A DNA stretch of 64,000 bases from Candidatus Komeilibacteria bacterium RIFOXYD1_FULL_37_29 (GTDB lineage Bacteria; Patescibacteriota; Patescibacteriia; UBA1558; GWA2-36-10), in contig MHKS01000005.1 of NCBI GenBank assembly GCA_001818495.1, forward strand, positions 180,188 through 244,187, read 5' to 3'. Position 1 is the first letter of the stretch. Each line of letters begins with the position of its first letter. Both the position numbers and the translations under genes were made by a program. Positions 1 to 8,071 of the stretch are shown here, in pieces. The notes below the pieces were generated by a model. It saw nothing but the letters and a program-made list of their open reading frames with translations, ran no database searches and was not told where the DNA came from.

Positions 1-241
1 GCTCTACCTCTGAGCCAAAATCAGCGTGGCCAGGAGTATCCACGATATTTATTTTGGTATCTTTATAAAAGACGGAAGCATTTTTTGAATAAATAGTAAT
101 ACCACGCTCTTTTTCTAGAGTGTTAGAATCCATACCAACGCTTTCATCGGACAAAGCACCAGTCTGTCGGAGGATGGCATCAGTCAAAGCAGTTTTGCCA
201 TGATCAACGTGAGCAATAATAGCTATATTTCTAATTTCCAT
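1..241 (-). CDS. typA: Translational GTPase TypA/BipA, N-terminal part (runs off window start)
   Basis: Manual translation from ATG at 241: [17 protein letters not shown]...[18 protein letters not shown]...[17 protein letters not shown]. Confidence 0.92.
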   Translation of the reverse strand, partial: MEIRNIAIIAHVDHGKTALTDAILRQTGALSDESVGMDSNTLEKERGITIYSKNASVFYKDTKINIVDTPGHADFGSEVE

Positions 242-249
242 AAGTGCCA

Positions 250-278
250 AGAATAACAAAAAACGAGCCAACTGTCAA
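250..278 (-). promoter_or_regulatory. Sigma70-like promoter for typA
   Basis: Minus strand TTGACA-N17-TATTCT with TGn extension, 8 nt before ATG. Confidence 0.6.
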
Positions 279-326
279 TCCAACCCCTAGCGAGGAACGG
301 GATTGATGTTTTGGCTAATGATAAAT

Positions 327-362
327 AAAAAACCGTCCCTCGACTACGCTCGGGACGGTTTT
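327..362. terminator. Intrinsic terminator hairpin containing a short palindromic element
   Basis: AAAAAACCGTCCC tcgactacgctc GGGACGGTTTT, downstream of the 369..902 gene. Confidence 0.7.
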
Positions 363-368
363 AATAAA

Positions 369-902
369 TTATTTCTTCTTTTTAACTATTTTCTTTTTAG
401 CTGCTTTCTTGTCAGGAACACTTTTCTTTTTGTCAATCTTTACCGGTATGGTAGTTTCTAGTTTAGCTGTCTTTTCAGTCTGAGAGGTAAAGGTAGCATT
501 TTTATCATGACCCAAGATTTTAAGTAGTTCATCTAGTTTGTAGTTGAGAGTTTTGATACCCTTACTGATTTCTTTAGAATCGGAGTTTCCTTGACCAGTT
601 GATCTATCTTCAAAGCGAGGTCTTGGACTCTTGTTATCGCCACCAAAGCTACTTGGTCTAGGAGCACCACCACCGCGTTTGCTAAAACAATCACTGCAAT
701 AGATTGGTTTATCACCGCTAGGTTTAAAAGGCACTTCGCATTCTTTGCCACAGTCATCACAAATCGCTTTGTGCATACTTGGTCTGTCACCGTCTCTATC
801 TCTATTAAAACCGCCGTGGCCATGGTCTCTTCGACCAAAGTTATTACCACCACCTCTTCGATCGTTAGGTCGGCCGCCTCTGTCTCTATTAAAATTTCCC
901 AT
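369..902 (-). CDS. CxxC-x17-CxxC zinc-ribbon domain protein with RG-rich N-terminus and Lys-rich tail
   Basis: MHKAICDDCGKECEVPFKPSGDKPIYCSDCF motif. Confidence 0.85.
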   Translation of the reverse strand: MGNFNRDRGGRPNDRRGGGNNFGRRDHGHGGFNRDRDGDRPSMHKAICDDCGKECEVPFKPSGDKPIYCSDCFSKRGGGAPRPSSFGGDNKSPRPRFEDRSTGQGNSDSKEISKGIKTLNYKLDELLKILGHDKNATFTSQTEKTAKLETTIPVKIDKKKSVPDKKAAKKKIVKKKK

Positions 903-1054
903 AATTGATATTTTACTAATTACCCCTGTAGTGTAGCTTTTTATGGCATAAATAGCAATAGATAGACCCCGGGAGGCCTTTTATGACTTTTCTTGCAATT
1001 ATTTAGGTAAGGTGGTATTTTAAATTTATCTAAGCCCATATTTAAAATAAAAGT

Positions 1055-1939
1055 ATGAATAAAAACCTTATTATTCTCTTTTTATCCGCTGTCATTATTA
1101 TGATCCTGGCTATTGTTGGTTTAAATTATGCCAAAAAACCAGTGCTGACTAATAATAATCAAAATCAGCCGATTAATGAGAATTTGAATGTTAATGATGA
1201 TACCAATGATGATCAGGTGGCACAAATGATTGTGGTTGAGGAGCCAAAGGTCAATGCCGAAGTAACCAATCCGATTACTGTGGCCGGTCGAGCTAGAGGT
1301 AATTGGTTTTTTGAAGCCAGTTTTCCCATCTCGGTTTATAATGCGGATAATCAAAAATTGGGTATTGGTATTGCACAAGCCAAAAGTGATTGGATGACTG
1401 AGGACTTTGTTGATTTTGAAGCTGAAATAGAATTTTCTAATCCAGGCACGGGTGATGGTTATTTGTTGGTGCAAAAAGACAATCCTTCTGGTTTACCACA
1501 ATATGACGCTTCTTTAAAAATTCCGATAAAATTTGTAGCCGCAACTGGTGATCTAACGGTAAAAGTATTTTTTGGTAACGAAAATTTTAATCCTAATGCT
1601 ATGGATTGCAGTTTGGTTTATCCCATAGAAAGACAAGTAGCCAAAACTGAAGCGGTGGCTCGCGTTGCTTTGGAAAGTTTGTTAGTTGGTCCAACAGAGA
1701 TTGAAAAACAAAACGGTTATTATACTTCTCTTAATACTGGGGTAGGTATTAATTCACTGAAGATTGAAAATGCCACAGCTTATGTAGATTTTGATAGTCA
1801 ATTAGAACAAGCAGTAGGTGGTTCCTGTCGCGTTTTAGCCATTGCTTCCCAGATTAGGGAGACTTTGAAACAATTTGAGACAGTAGAGGATGTAGTGATA
1901 TCAGTTGATGGACGTACAGAAGATATTTTGCAGCCATAA
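1055..1939 (+). CDS. Membrane-anchored Gmad2 immunoglobulin-like plus GerMN domain protein
   Basis: N-terminal TM; ARGNWFFEASFP...DWMTEDFVDF...DNPSGLP; GGSCRVLAIASQIRETLKQF...VVISVDG. Confidence 0.8.
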   Translation: MNKNLIILFLSAVIIMILAIVGLNYAKKPVLTNNNQNQPINENLNVNDDTNDDQVAQMIVVEEPKVNAEVTNPITVAGRARGNWFFEASFPISVYNADNQKLGIGIAQAKSDWMTEDFVDFEAEIEFSNPGTGDGYLLVQKDNPSGLPQYDASLKIPIKFVAATGDLTVKVFFGNENFNPNAMDCSLVYPIERQVAKTEAVARVALESLLVGPTEIEKQNGYYTSLNTGVGINSLKIENATAYVDFDSQLEQAVGGSCRVLAIASQIRETLKQFETVEDVVISVDGRTEDILQP

Positions 1940-1957
1940 AATTTAAAATATTTTAGC

Positions 1958-1986
1958 AAAAAAAGTCCCCTAGCGGGGGACTTTTT
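1958..1986. terminator. Bidirectional intrinsic terminator
   Basis: AAAAAAAGTCCCC-tagc-GGGGGACTTTTT between convergent genes. Confidence 0.8.
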
Positions 1987-1997
1987 AATTGTTGATT

Positions 1998-2483
1998 TTA
2001 GGCTTTTAATAGATTGTCTAATTGTTCTAGTCCCATGGTGAAACCTTGTTCAAATCCCATTTTAATCATTTTATCCATATCATCTGTAGAGTCGAAAGAT
2101 AGAGTGACAATCATTTTAGTTTTATTGTTGATATTTTCAAATTTGACATGCCAAGTAGTGGAGGGAAGTTTTTTGTCGATTACGCCCGTTTCTTTACAAA
2201 AACTATCACGTCCAGTAAATTCTTTGCCTGGTATTATATTTAAATAATCAACCCAACACCATTGTTTTTCACCGTTTGGTCCGGCCATGTAATAATGCCA
2301 ATAGCCATTTTTGGAAAAATCTAAAGATTTAGTGATAGCTTTCCATGGCTCCGGTCCCCACCACTGATCAAGCATTTGGGAGTTTGTCCAAGCATGCCAG
2401 AGTTTATTTATAGGAGCGTTATATATTTTTTCCACAGTAATATTTTTTTGCTCTTTATTATGTGCAAAGGTTGCCTTACCCAT
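1998..2483 (-). CDS. SRPBCC/AHSA1 domain protein
   Basis: LWHAWT...LDQWWGP...WHYYMAGPNGE...MGFEQGFTMGLEQLD pattern. Confidence 0.85.
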   Translation of the reverse strand: MGKATFAHNKEQKNITVEKIYNAPINKLWHAWTNSQMLDQWWGPEPWKAITKSLDFSKNGYWHYYMAGPNGEKQWCWVDYLNIIPGKEFTGRDSFCKETGVIDKKLPSTTWHVKFENINNKTKMIVTLSFDSTDDMDKMIKMGFEQGFTMGLEQLDNLLKA

Positions 2484-2538
2484 ATATTTTATTTATTTTA
2501 ATAATTTAATAGTAAAGAGAGCTATTTGAAGTAGCTAC

Positions 2539-2727
2539 TTATTTATTTTCTATAGTAAATTTTTTCTTATTTTTTACTAGACTTATAATACCAACAATAA
2601 CTATTACTAGTCCTAGCAATTGTGCTCCTGGGCTATCATCATATCCTCCGTAGACAAATAAAAATATACCAAATAGTATTAACAAAATAAATAATATTAT
2701 TTTACTTATGTATTTTCCTTTATTCAT
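2539..2727 (-). CDS. Small two-TM hypothetical membrane protein
   Basis: ATG at 2727; two hydrophobic helices flanking GGYDDSPGAQ. Confidence 0.7.
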   Translation of the reverse strand: MNKGKYISKIILFILLILFGIFLFVYGGYDDSPGAQLLGLVIVIVGIISLVKNKKKFTIENK

Positions 2728-2757
2728 ATAAAAAGTATAGCACAATTTATCAATCCC

Positions 2758-2782
2758 AAAAAATCGCCTTTAGGGCGATTTT
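2758..2782 (-). terminator. Terminator of the tRNA cluster
   Basis: AAAAAATCGCC-tttag-GGCGATTTT immediately after the tRNA-Asn CCA end. Confidence 0.7.
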
Positions 2783-2787
2783 CTAGA

Positions 2788-2862
2788 TGGCTCCGAGGGG
2801 GGGATTCGAACCCACGACCAATTGATTAACAGTCAACTGCTCTACCACTGAGCTACCTCGGA
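2788..2862 (-). tRNA. tRNA-Asn(GTT)
   Basis: TCCGAGG acceptor, anticodon loop CTGTTAA, TTCGAAT, encoded CCA. Confidence 0.95.
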
Positions 2863-2880
2863 ATAAGTATTAAAGCGGCT

Positions 2881-2957
2881 TGGTAGCAGGGGTGGGAATC
2901 GAACCCACGACCTCAGGCTTATGAGTCCTACGCTCTAACCAACTGAGCTACCCTGCC
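2881..2957 (-). tRNA. tRNA with CAT anticodon, likely elongator Met (Ile2 not excluded)
   Basis: GGCAGGGTAGCTCAGTTGG...CTCATAA...GCTACCA. Confidence 0.9.
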
Positions 2958-2984
2958 GAGATATATGAAGATTTTATTTTAAAT

Positions 2985-3060
2985 TGGTAGCGGGGGTCGG
3001 ACTTGAACCGACGACCTCCAGGTTATGGGCCTGGCGAGCTGCCAACTGCTCTACCCCGCG
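2985..3060 (-). tRNA. Initiator tRNA-fMet(CAT)
   Basis: CGCGGGG 5' end with unpaired C1:U72, D arm GAGC/GCTC, anticodon arm CCAGG-CCCATAA-CCTGG. Confidence 0.92.
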
Positions 3061-3084
3061 TCATGAAAGATAAAATTTTTATTT

Positions 3085-3161
3085 TGGTCGGGGTGATCAG
3101 ACTTGAACTGACGACCTCACGCACCCCATGCGTACGCGCTAGCCAACTGCGCTACACCCCG
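3085..3161 (-). tRNA. tRNA-Pro(GGG)
   Basis: CGGGGTG acceptor, loop ATGGGGT, encoded CCA. Confidence 0.95.
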
Positions 3162-3181
3162 AAATTTTGCAAAGTATAGCA

Positions 3182-3210
3182 AGTATAAAGTAATTTAACT
3201 ATATTGACAA
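3182..3210 (-). promoter_or_regulatory. Internal sigma70 promoter for tRNA-Pro/fMet/Met/Asn
   Basis: Minus strand TTGTCA-N17-TATACT. Confidence 0.65.
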
Positions 3211-3217
3211 GACTATA

Positions 3218-3294
3218 TGGTGGACCCAACAGGGCTTGAACCTGCGACCTCTTCCATGCCATGGAAGCGCTCTAGCCAACTGAGCTATGGGCCC
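3218..3294 (-). tRNA. tRNA-Ala(GGC)
   Basis: G3:U70 pair, loop ATGGCAT, encoded CCA. Confidence 0.95.
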
Positions 3295-3304
3295 GGATTA
3301 GAAA

Positions 3305-3391
3305 TGGTACCGAAGAGAGGAATCGAACCTCCACGGGGTTGCCCCCACTGGATTTTGAGTCCAGCGCGTCTGCCAGTTCCGCCACTTCGGC
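3305..3391 (-). tRNA. tRNA-Leu(CAA)
   Basis: Long variable arm, loop CTCAAAA, encoded CCA. Confidence 0.95.
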
Positions 3392-3416
3392 CTGTAAATT
3401 CATATAAACAGAAATG

Positions 3417-3445
3417 ATTTTACAATAAATTTTCTTTTTAGTCAA
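3417..3445 (-). promoter_or_regulatory. Sigma70 promoter of the tRNA cluster
   Basis: Minus strand TTGACT-N17-TAAAAT upstream of tRNA-Leu. Confidence 0.7.
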
Positions 3446-3480
3446 CAGGGTTTATTAAACATAAAAGTGACTTTTATGAC

Positions 3481-3508
3481 TTGTCATAATTGTAAAAACC
3501 TGTATAAT
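3481..3508 (+). promoter_or_regulatory. Sigma70 promoter for the FTR1 gene
   Basis: TTGTCA-N16-TATAAT. Confidence 0.55.
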
Positions 3509-3539
3509 AATAAAGATATTTAACTTTAAATCAAAATAA

Positions 3540-4373
3540 ATGACAGCCAGTTTCATTATTACTTTGCGTGAAACTCTTGAGGCCGCTTTAATTGTCGGCA
3601 TTGTTATTGGAGTTTTAAAACGCAGCAATCAATATATATATTATCGGATGGTTTGGTACGGGGTTCTGGCCGGTATAGCTCTGAGTGTTTTAGGGGCAGC
3701 ATTTTTCCAAAGATTGGCCGGTGGATTTTCCGGTCGAGCTGAGGAATTATTTGAAGGTATTACTATGCTAGTGGGTGGTTTTTTAATTACCACCCTGATA
3801 GTTTGGGTAATGCATCGAGGCAATTTTAACCAAGAGTTGAGCAATAAAACCAACGAGCATGTTTATAAAGCTCGGCCACTGAGTATTTTCTTTATGGTTT
3901 TGGTGGCTATTTTACGCGAAGGTATTGAAACAGTAATATTTCTTCAATCAGCCAGTTTGGTCTCTGGTGACAAAAATCTATGGGGAGCGTTACTAGGTAT
4001 AGTTTTGGCGATTGGTTTGGGAGTGGCCTTATATTTTGGTTTTTTAAGAATAAATTTAAAAAAATTTTTCTATACGACCAGTATTATTTTGATATTTTTT
4101 GCGGCTGGTCTGATAGCTCACGGTGTCCACGAGCTCCAAGAGACAGGAATCTTGCCAATTTTAACAGCTAAAGTTTGGGATATTAATCCGACGGTTTTAG
4201 TCGATGGAAATTATCCGCTGTGGCATGAAAAAGGAGTGGGCGGGCATTTTCTAGTCGGACTTTTTGGTTACAATGGTAATCCCACCGGCTTGGAAGTAAT
4301 GAGTTATGTCTTATATTTATTGGGTATTGCTTATTTTTGGCACAAGATGATCAATAAAAAGGCTGTTATTTAG
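3540..4373 (+). CDS. FTR1/EfeU family iron permease
   Basis: Two RExxE motifs (LRETLEA, LREGIET), GVHELQE, about 7 TM segments. Confidence 0.9.
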   Translation: MTASFIITLRETLEAALIVGIVIGVLKRSNQYIYYRMVWYGVLAGIALSVLGAAFFQRLAGGFSGRAEELFEGITMLVGGFLITTLIVWVMHRGNFNQELSNKTNEHVYKARPLSIFFMVLVAILREGIETVIFLQSASLVSGDKNLWGALLGIVLAIGLGVALYFGFLRINLKKFFYTTSIILIFFAAGLIAHGVHELQETGILPILTAKVWDINPTVLVDGNYPLWHEKGVGGHFLVGLFGYNGNPTGLEVMSYVLYLLGIAYFWHKMINKKAVI

Positions 4374-4422
4374 GAGCGTTTGTGTTAATATTTAACTATA
4401 GAATATTAGATTATTTAAAAAA

Positions 4423-5175
4423 ATGTTGATATTATCCTGGAACATCAATGGTATTAGAGCCGCTATTCGCAAAGGCTTTATTGATTTTTTAAAAAAAACC
4501 AAGCCAGATGTTATTTGTTTGCAGGAAGTAAAGATTTCTGACGCTAAACGGGTGCAGGAGCAATTTGATTTTATAGATTATCAAGAATTTTTCAATTGCG
4601 CTAAGCGCTCTGGTTATAGTGGTACAGCTATTTTAGTCAGAAATGGTTTAGTAGTAAAATATTTACCCACCTTAGACTGGGATGATGAAGGACGCATTCA
4701 AGTTTTAGACATCGGGCACTATTATGTGGTCAATATTTATTTTCCCAACGCCAATCATGAATTGTCTCGTTTGAATTTTAAAATAGATTTTAGTGACAAG
4801 CTCTTGGCTTATTTAAAAAAATTGGAAAAAGATAAGCCACTGATTATTACCGGTGATTACAATGTGGCTCATCAAGAAATGGATTTGGCTCGTCCCAAAG
4901 AAAATGTCGGCAGTCCCGGCTTTACCGCAGAGGAAAGAGCTTGGATGGACAAATTTTTAAAGGCTGGATTTAAAGATACTTTTCGCGAGCTTTACCCTAG
5001 TAAGATTCAATATTCTTGGTGGTCTTATCGAGCCATGGCTCGGGTCAACAATGTCGGTTGGCGCATAGATTATTTTTGTGTTTCAGCTAGTATCATAAAA
5101 AAAATATCCCAGGCTTTTATCTTGGATAGGGTAATGGGCTCAGATCATGCGCCAGTGGGTATTGAGATAAGATAA
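4423..5175 (+). CDS. xth: Exodeoxyribonuclease III / AP endonuclease
   Basis: SWNINGIRA, LQEVK, GDYNVAH, GWRIDY, SDHAPV. Confidence 0.95.
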   Translation: MLILSWNINGIRAAIRKGFIDFLKKTKPDVICLQEVKISDAKRVQEQFDFIDYQEFFNCAKRSGYSGTAILVRNGLVVKYLPTLDWDDEGRIQVLDIGHYYVVNIYFPNANHELSRLNFKIDFSDKLLAYLKKLEKDKPLIITGDYNVAHQEMDLARPKENVGSPGFTAEERAWMDKFLKAGFKDTFRELYPSKIQYSWWSYRAMARVNNVGWRIDYFCVSASIIKKISQAFILDRVMGSDHAPVGIEIR

Positions 5176-5217
5176 AATTTATTTTGGCTAATGTTAGTAA
5201 ACAATTGTCATATATGA

Positions 5218-5295
5218 TTGACAATTGTTTATTTATTAGCCTGCATAGCCAGTGCAGTGGCTAGCGGAGTATTGGTTCGTCTTCTAAAGAGGTAG
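5218..5295 (+). CDS. Candidate 25-aa hydrophobic peptide (type I toxin-like)
   Basis: TTG-start ORF MTIVYLLACIASAVASGVLVRLLKR in an otherwise unexplained 200-bp gap; start codon lies within an inverted repeat. Confidence 0.3.
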   Translation: MTIVYLLACIASAVASGVLVRLLKR

Positions 5296-5328
5296 TAGAG
5301 ATATCCTCAAACAACATTTGAGTAAAAC

Positions 5329-5358
5329 AAAAACTTCGGTTTAACAGACCGAAGTTTT
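5329..5358. terminator. Bidirectional intrinsic terminator
   Basis: AAAAACTTCGGT-ttaacag-ACCGAAGTTTT. Confidence 0.8.
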
Positions 5359-5378
5359 AAATTTTAAAATATAAATTG

Positions 5379-6503
5379 TTAATTAAAGACATGATCCGGA
5401 TAATAATTTCTGGCATTCCATAGTAGCCAGCCACTGGTAGTGGAGGCTACTTCAGTGGCTTCTATTTGGGCATCTATTTTTGTTTTGTCATAGACTGCGC
5501 GGATATTAAAAGCTTGCAACCAAGGTCGAATGGTTGCTCGACTACTTCTAGCAGTACTGGAACTGATTTCTAATCCATATGCTATGACATCATAAGGATG
5601 CTCGGCAGAATTGGTAAAGCCCAAATAGGTTAAGGGATAATGTGACGGATACATCATAGGAGAAACATAATCAAAATACTGTACGACGCTACTTAGTCTT
5701 TGACCAATGCCTAAATCATAGTCATCATCAGTATGATCCATGACCAGTCCAAATGTGTCTATAGATATGGGAGCTAGACCAGTAAGATTGTCGGATAGAT
5801 ATTTGAAAAATTTATCCAGCATACTGACTTTGGTTTCGCCAGCCGGAATATTGTAAGCAATATTGCCAATACTGCCATCGCTCGGGTATCTCATGTAGTC
5901 AAAATTTATTTCATCAAAGCCTAGAGAGATAGCCTCTTTGGTAATAGCCAGATTATATTGCCAGACTTCTTTTTGAGCTGGATCCACCCAGGCCAAACCA
6001 CTTTTGTCATACCAAGTATTTCCATTGCTAGTTTTGATAGCTAGATCTGGGCGACTACTAGCCAAAGCTGGATCTTGAAAAACAGTTTGGCGCGCTATGA
6101 CATAGATATTCAGGTCATGAAATTCTTTGAGTACTTTGGCCAAATCTGGTATGCGATTATTTTTGGCTTTGACATTTTGGACTTCAAGTATTTGGCTATC
6201 ATATAGTATGTAGCCAGAATAATCTTTTATATCAATGACCACGGTATTTATCCGACTGTCTTTTATTTTTTCCAAAAGATTATTTCTATAACTATCACTA
6301 CCAGCCGAATAGGCGGTCAGATAAATACCGCGCACATATTCTGGTCGGTAAGATTTTTTGACGATATTATCAGGGACTTTTTTTTCAGTGGGAGAAGTTT
6401 TAAATAAAGTATCGCTATAGTTTGTACTTAGCAGTAAAAAACTGACAACAAAAACCAGCCCCAAGATAGATAGATGTAGGCGGTTTTTACTGATCTTTAG
6501 CAT
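5379..6503 (-). CDS. Putative glycoside hydrolase (DUF4015-like), membrane anchored
   Basis: VRGIYLT, NTVVIDIKD, GFDEINFDYMRYP, SPMMYPSHY, RPWLQAF, WLLWNARN. Confidence 0.85.
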   Translation of the reverse strand: MLKISKNRLHLSILGLVFVVSFLLLSTNYSDTLFKTSPTEKKVPDNIVKKSYRPEYVRGIYLTAYSAGSDSYRNNLLEKIKDSRINTVVIDIKDYSGYILYDSQILEVQNVKAKNNRIPDLAKVLKEFHDLNIYVIARQTVFQDPALASSRPDLAIKTSNGNTWYDKSGLAWVDPAQKEVWQYNLAITKEAISLGFDEINFDYMRYPSDGSIGNIAYNIPAGETKVSMLDKFFKYLSDNLTGLAPISIDTFGLVMDHTDDDYDLGIGQRLSSVVQYFDYVSPMMYPSHYPLTYLGFTNSAEHPYDVIAYGLEISSSTARSSRATIRPWLQAFNIRAVYDKTKIDAQIEATEVASTTSGWLLWNARNYYPDHVFN

Positions 6504-6568
6504 GTAAATATTATAACAGATAATTATCAGGGTTGCCTAATCTGTCAATTTTATTTAAAATATATATT

Positions 6569-7798
6569 ATGAAAAAATACATTATTATTATCTCTATTAT
6601 TGTGGTCGGCGCAGCGGTGTTTGGCCTTGTTTTTTCTCTTAAAAACAAGCAATCTCAGGATCAAGAGGCCCAAGCCGAGCTTATAGAAGAATCTAAGGAT
6701 CGCGAAGTACTTATCACAGTAGAGCCTGGTATGACTTTTTCCACTATTTGTGAAGAAGTAGGTGTCTCCGCCACGCTCATGACAGAGCTTTTGACCACCA
6801 GCCAAGAGACTTATGATTTGGTAAAAATCAGAGTTGGTCGGGAAATAAAATTTTATTTTGATAAAGAAACTGGAAATTTTGTCCGGCTTATTTATCCCAT
6901 CGACAGTGAAGAAGAATTGTTTATCGAATATGATCAAGCGGGTGTCTTGCTAGCCGAGCGTCGAGTAATTGATTATCAAATAAAAATCAAGACTGTTTCC
7001 GGCACCATTGATTCTTCTCTTTATCAGTCAGCACTTGATCAAAATGTGGACATCAGAGCAATTATTGAGCTAGCTGATGTTTTTGCCTGGACAGTGGATT
7101 TTGGTATGGGTATTAGAGTTGGGGATACTTACAAGTTTATTTATGAAGAAAGATATAGAAACAATCAGTATCAGAGGCCGGGTAAAATTTTGGCGGCCAA
7201 ATTTGTTAATGACGGTAAAACTATTGAAGGTTATTATTTTTCAGAAGGGAAAGATGATGATGGAGATATAGTAGATGGCTATTATCATTCGACCGGTGAA
7301 TCGGTCCAAAAAATATTTCTCAAAAATCCCGTTGATTTCAAATATATCAGCTCTGGTTTTACTACTGGCCGTCGTTATGTGGAAGCTTTTAATGTTTCTA
7401 CTGGTCATCGGGCGATTGATTATGCCGCGGCCGCTGGTACACCCATCAGAGCAGTGGGCGACGGGACAGTTACTTTTGCCGGTTGGAGCAAAGCCGGTTA
7501 TGGAAACCTGACCAGCATCAGACACAACAGTGTCTTTAGTACCAACTATGCTCATCAGAGTAAGTTGGCTGTATCGTCGGGGGAAAAAGTCGTACAGGGA
7601 CAAATTATTGGTTATGTCGGCTCGACCGGATTTTCTACTGGTCCACATCTTCATTTTGAGATGGTCAAAAATGGCACCAAAATAAATCCGCTGACTGTCG
7701 ATATTCCGTCGGATAAGTCCGTATCAGCCGAAAAGATGGAAGAATTTAAAACGGCTATTTCTAGTTGGCAAGAGCAATTAAACAATATAATTATATAA
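6569..7798 (+). CDS. M23 family peptidoglycan DD-endopeptidase (MepM-like)
   Basis: N-terminal TM; HRAIDYAA (HxxxD), YAHQ, STGPHLHF; start set at ATG 6569. Confidence 0.92.
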   Translation: MKKYIIIISIIVVGAAVFGLVFSLKNKQSQDQEAQAELIEESKDREVLITVEPGMTFSTICEEVGVSATLMTELLTTSQETYDLVKIRVGREIKFYFDKETGNFVRLIYPIDSEEELFIEYDQAGVLLAERRVIDYQIKIKTVSGTIDSSLYQSALDQNVDIRAIIELADVFAWTVDFGMGIRVGDTYKFIYEERYRNNQYQRPGKILAAKFVNDGKTIEGYYFSEGKDDDGDIVDGYYHSTGESVQKIFLKNPVDFKYISSGFTTGRRYVEAFNVSTGHRAIDYAAAAGTPIRAVGDGTVTFAGWSKAGYGNLTSIRHNSVFSTNYAHQSKLAVSSGEKVVQGQIIGYVGSTGFSTGPHLHFEMVKNGTKINPLTVDIPSDKSVSAEKMEEFKTAISSWQEQLNNIII

Positions 7799-7799
7799 G

Positions 7800-8036
7800 A
7801 TGGATAATTTTAATTCTCAGTACACTAAGAATCAGGATAAAATAAAAGAAGAAGTAGCCAAATCTTCTTGGACGCTTTCTTACCGCATCAAGGGTATGGC
7901 CGCTGGAGCACTAGCCATGTTTTTCTATATCAATTTTTATTTGGGGAAAGACAATCCCAAAATGATTATAGCTGGTGGTATCTTGGGTTATTTTTTGGGC
8001 TGGATGATTGGCCGATTTTTTTACACCAAAAACTAG
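7800..8036 (+). CDS. Small two-TM hypothetical protein
   Basis: ORF directly after the M23 gene with two hydrophobic segments. Confidence 0.65.
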   Translation: MDNFNSQYTKNQDKIKEEVAKSSWTLSYRIKGMAAGALAMFFYINFYLGKDNPKMIIAGGILGYFLGWMIGRFFYTKN

Positions 8037-8071
8037 ATTATATGCTATAATTAGAAGAGATTTGCGATCGT

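Noticed and set aside
2483-2790. Integrated element at the tRNA cluster 3' end
   Set aside because: No integrase and no duplicated tRNA 3' end (att site) seen in the window.
3217-3417. 66-aa plus-strand ORF
   Set aside because: Antisense shadow of tRNA-Ala and tRNA-Leu.
5191-5295. UGA recoding (genetic code 25/4) joining ATG 5191 to the hydrophobic sORF
   Set aside because: TGA terminates folC and long genes translate intact under code 11, so there is no evidence for reassignment.
5176-5378. Known ncRNA (SRP, 6S, riboswitch, ribozyme) in the xth-DUF4015 gap
   Set aside because: No recognisable conserved core motifs by eye, and the gap is not 5' of any long gene; an Rfam search would be needed.
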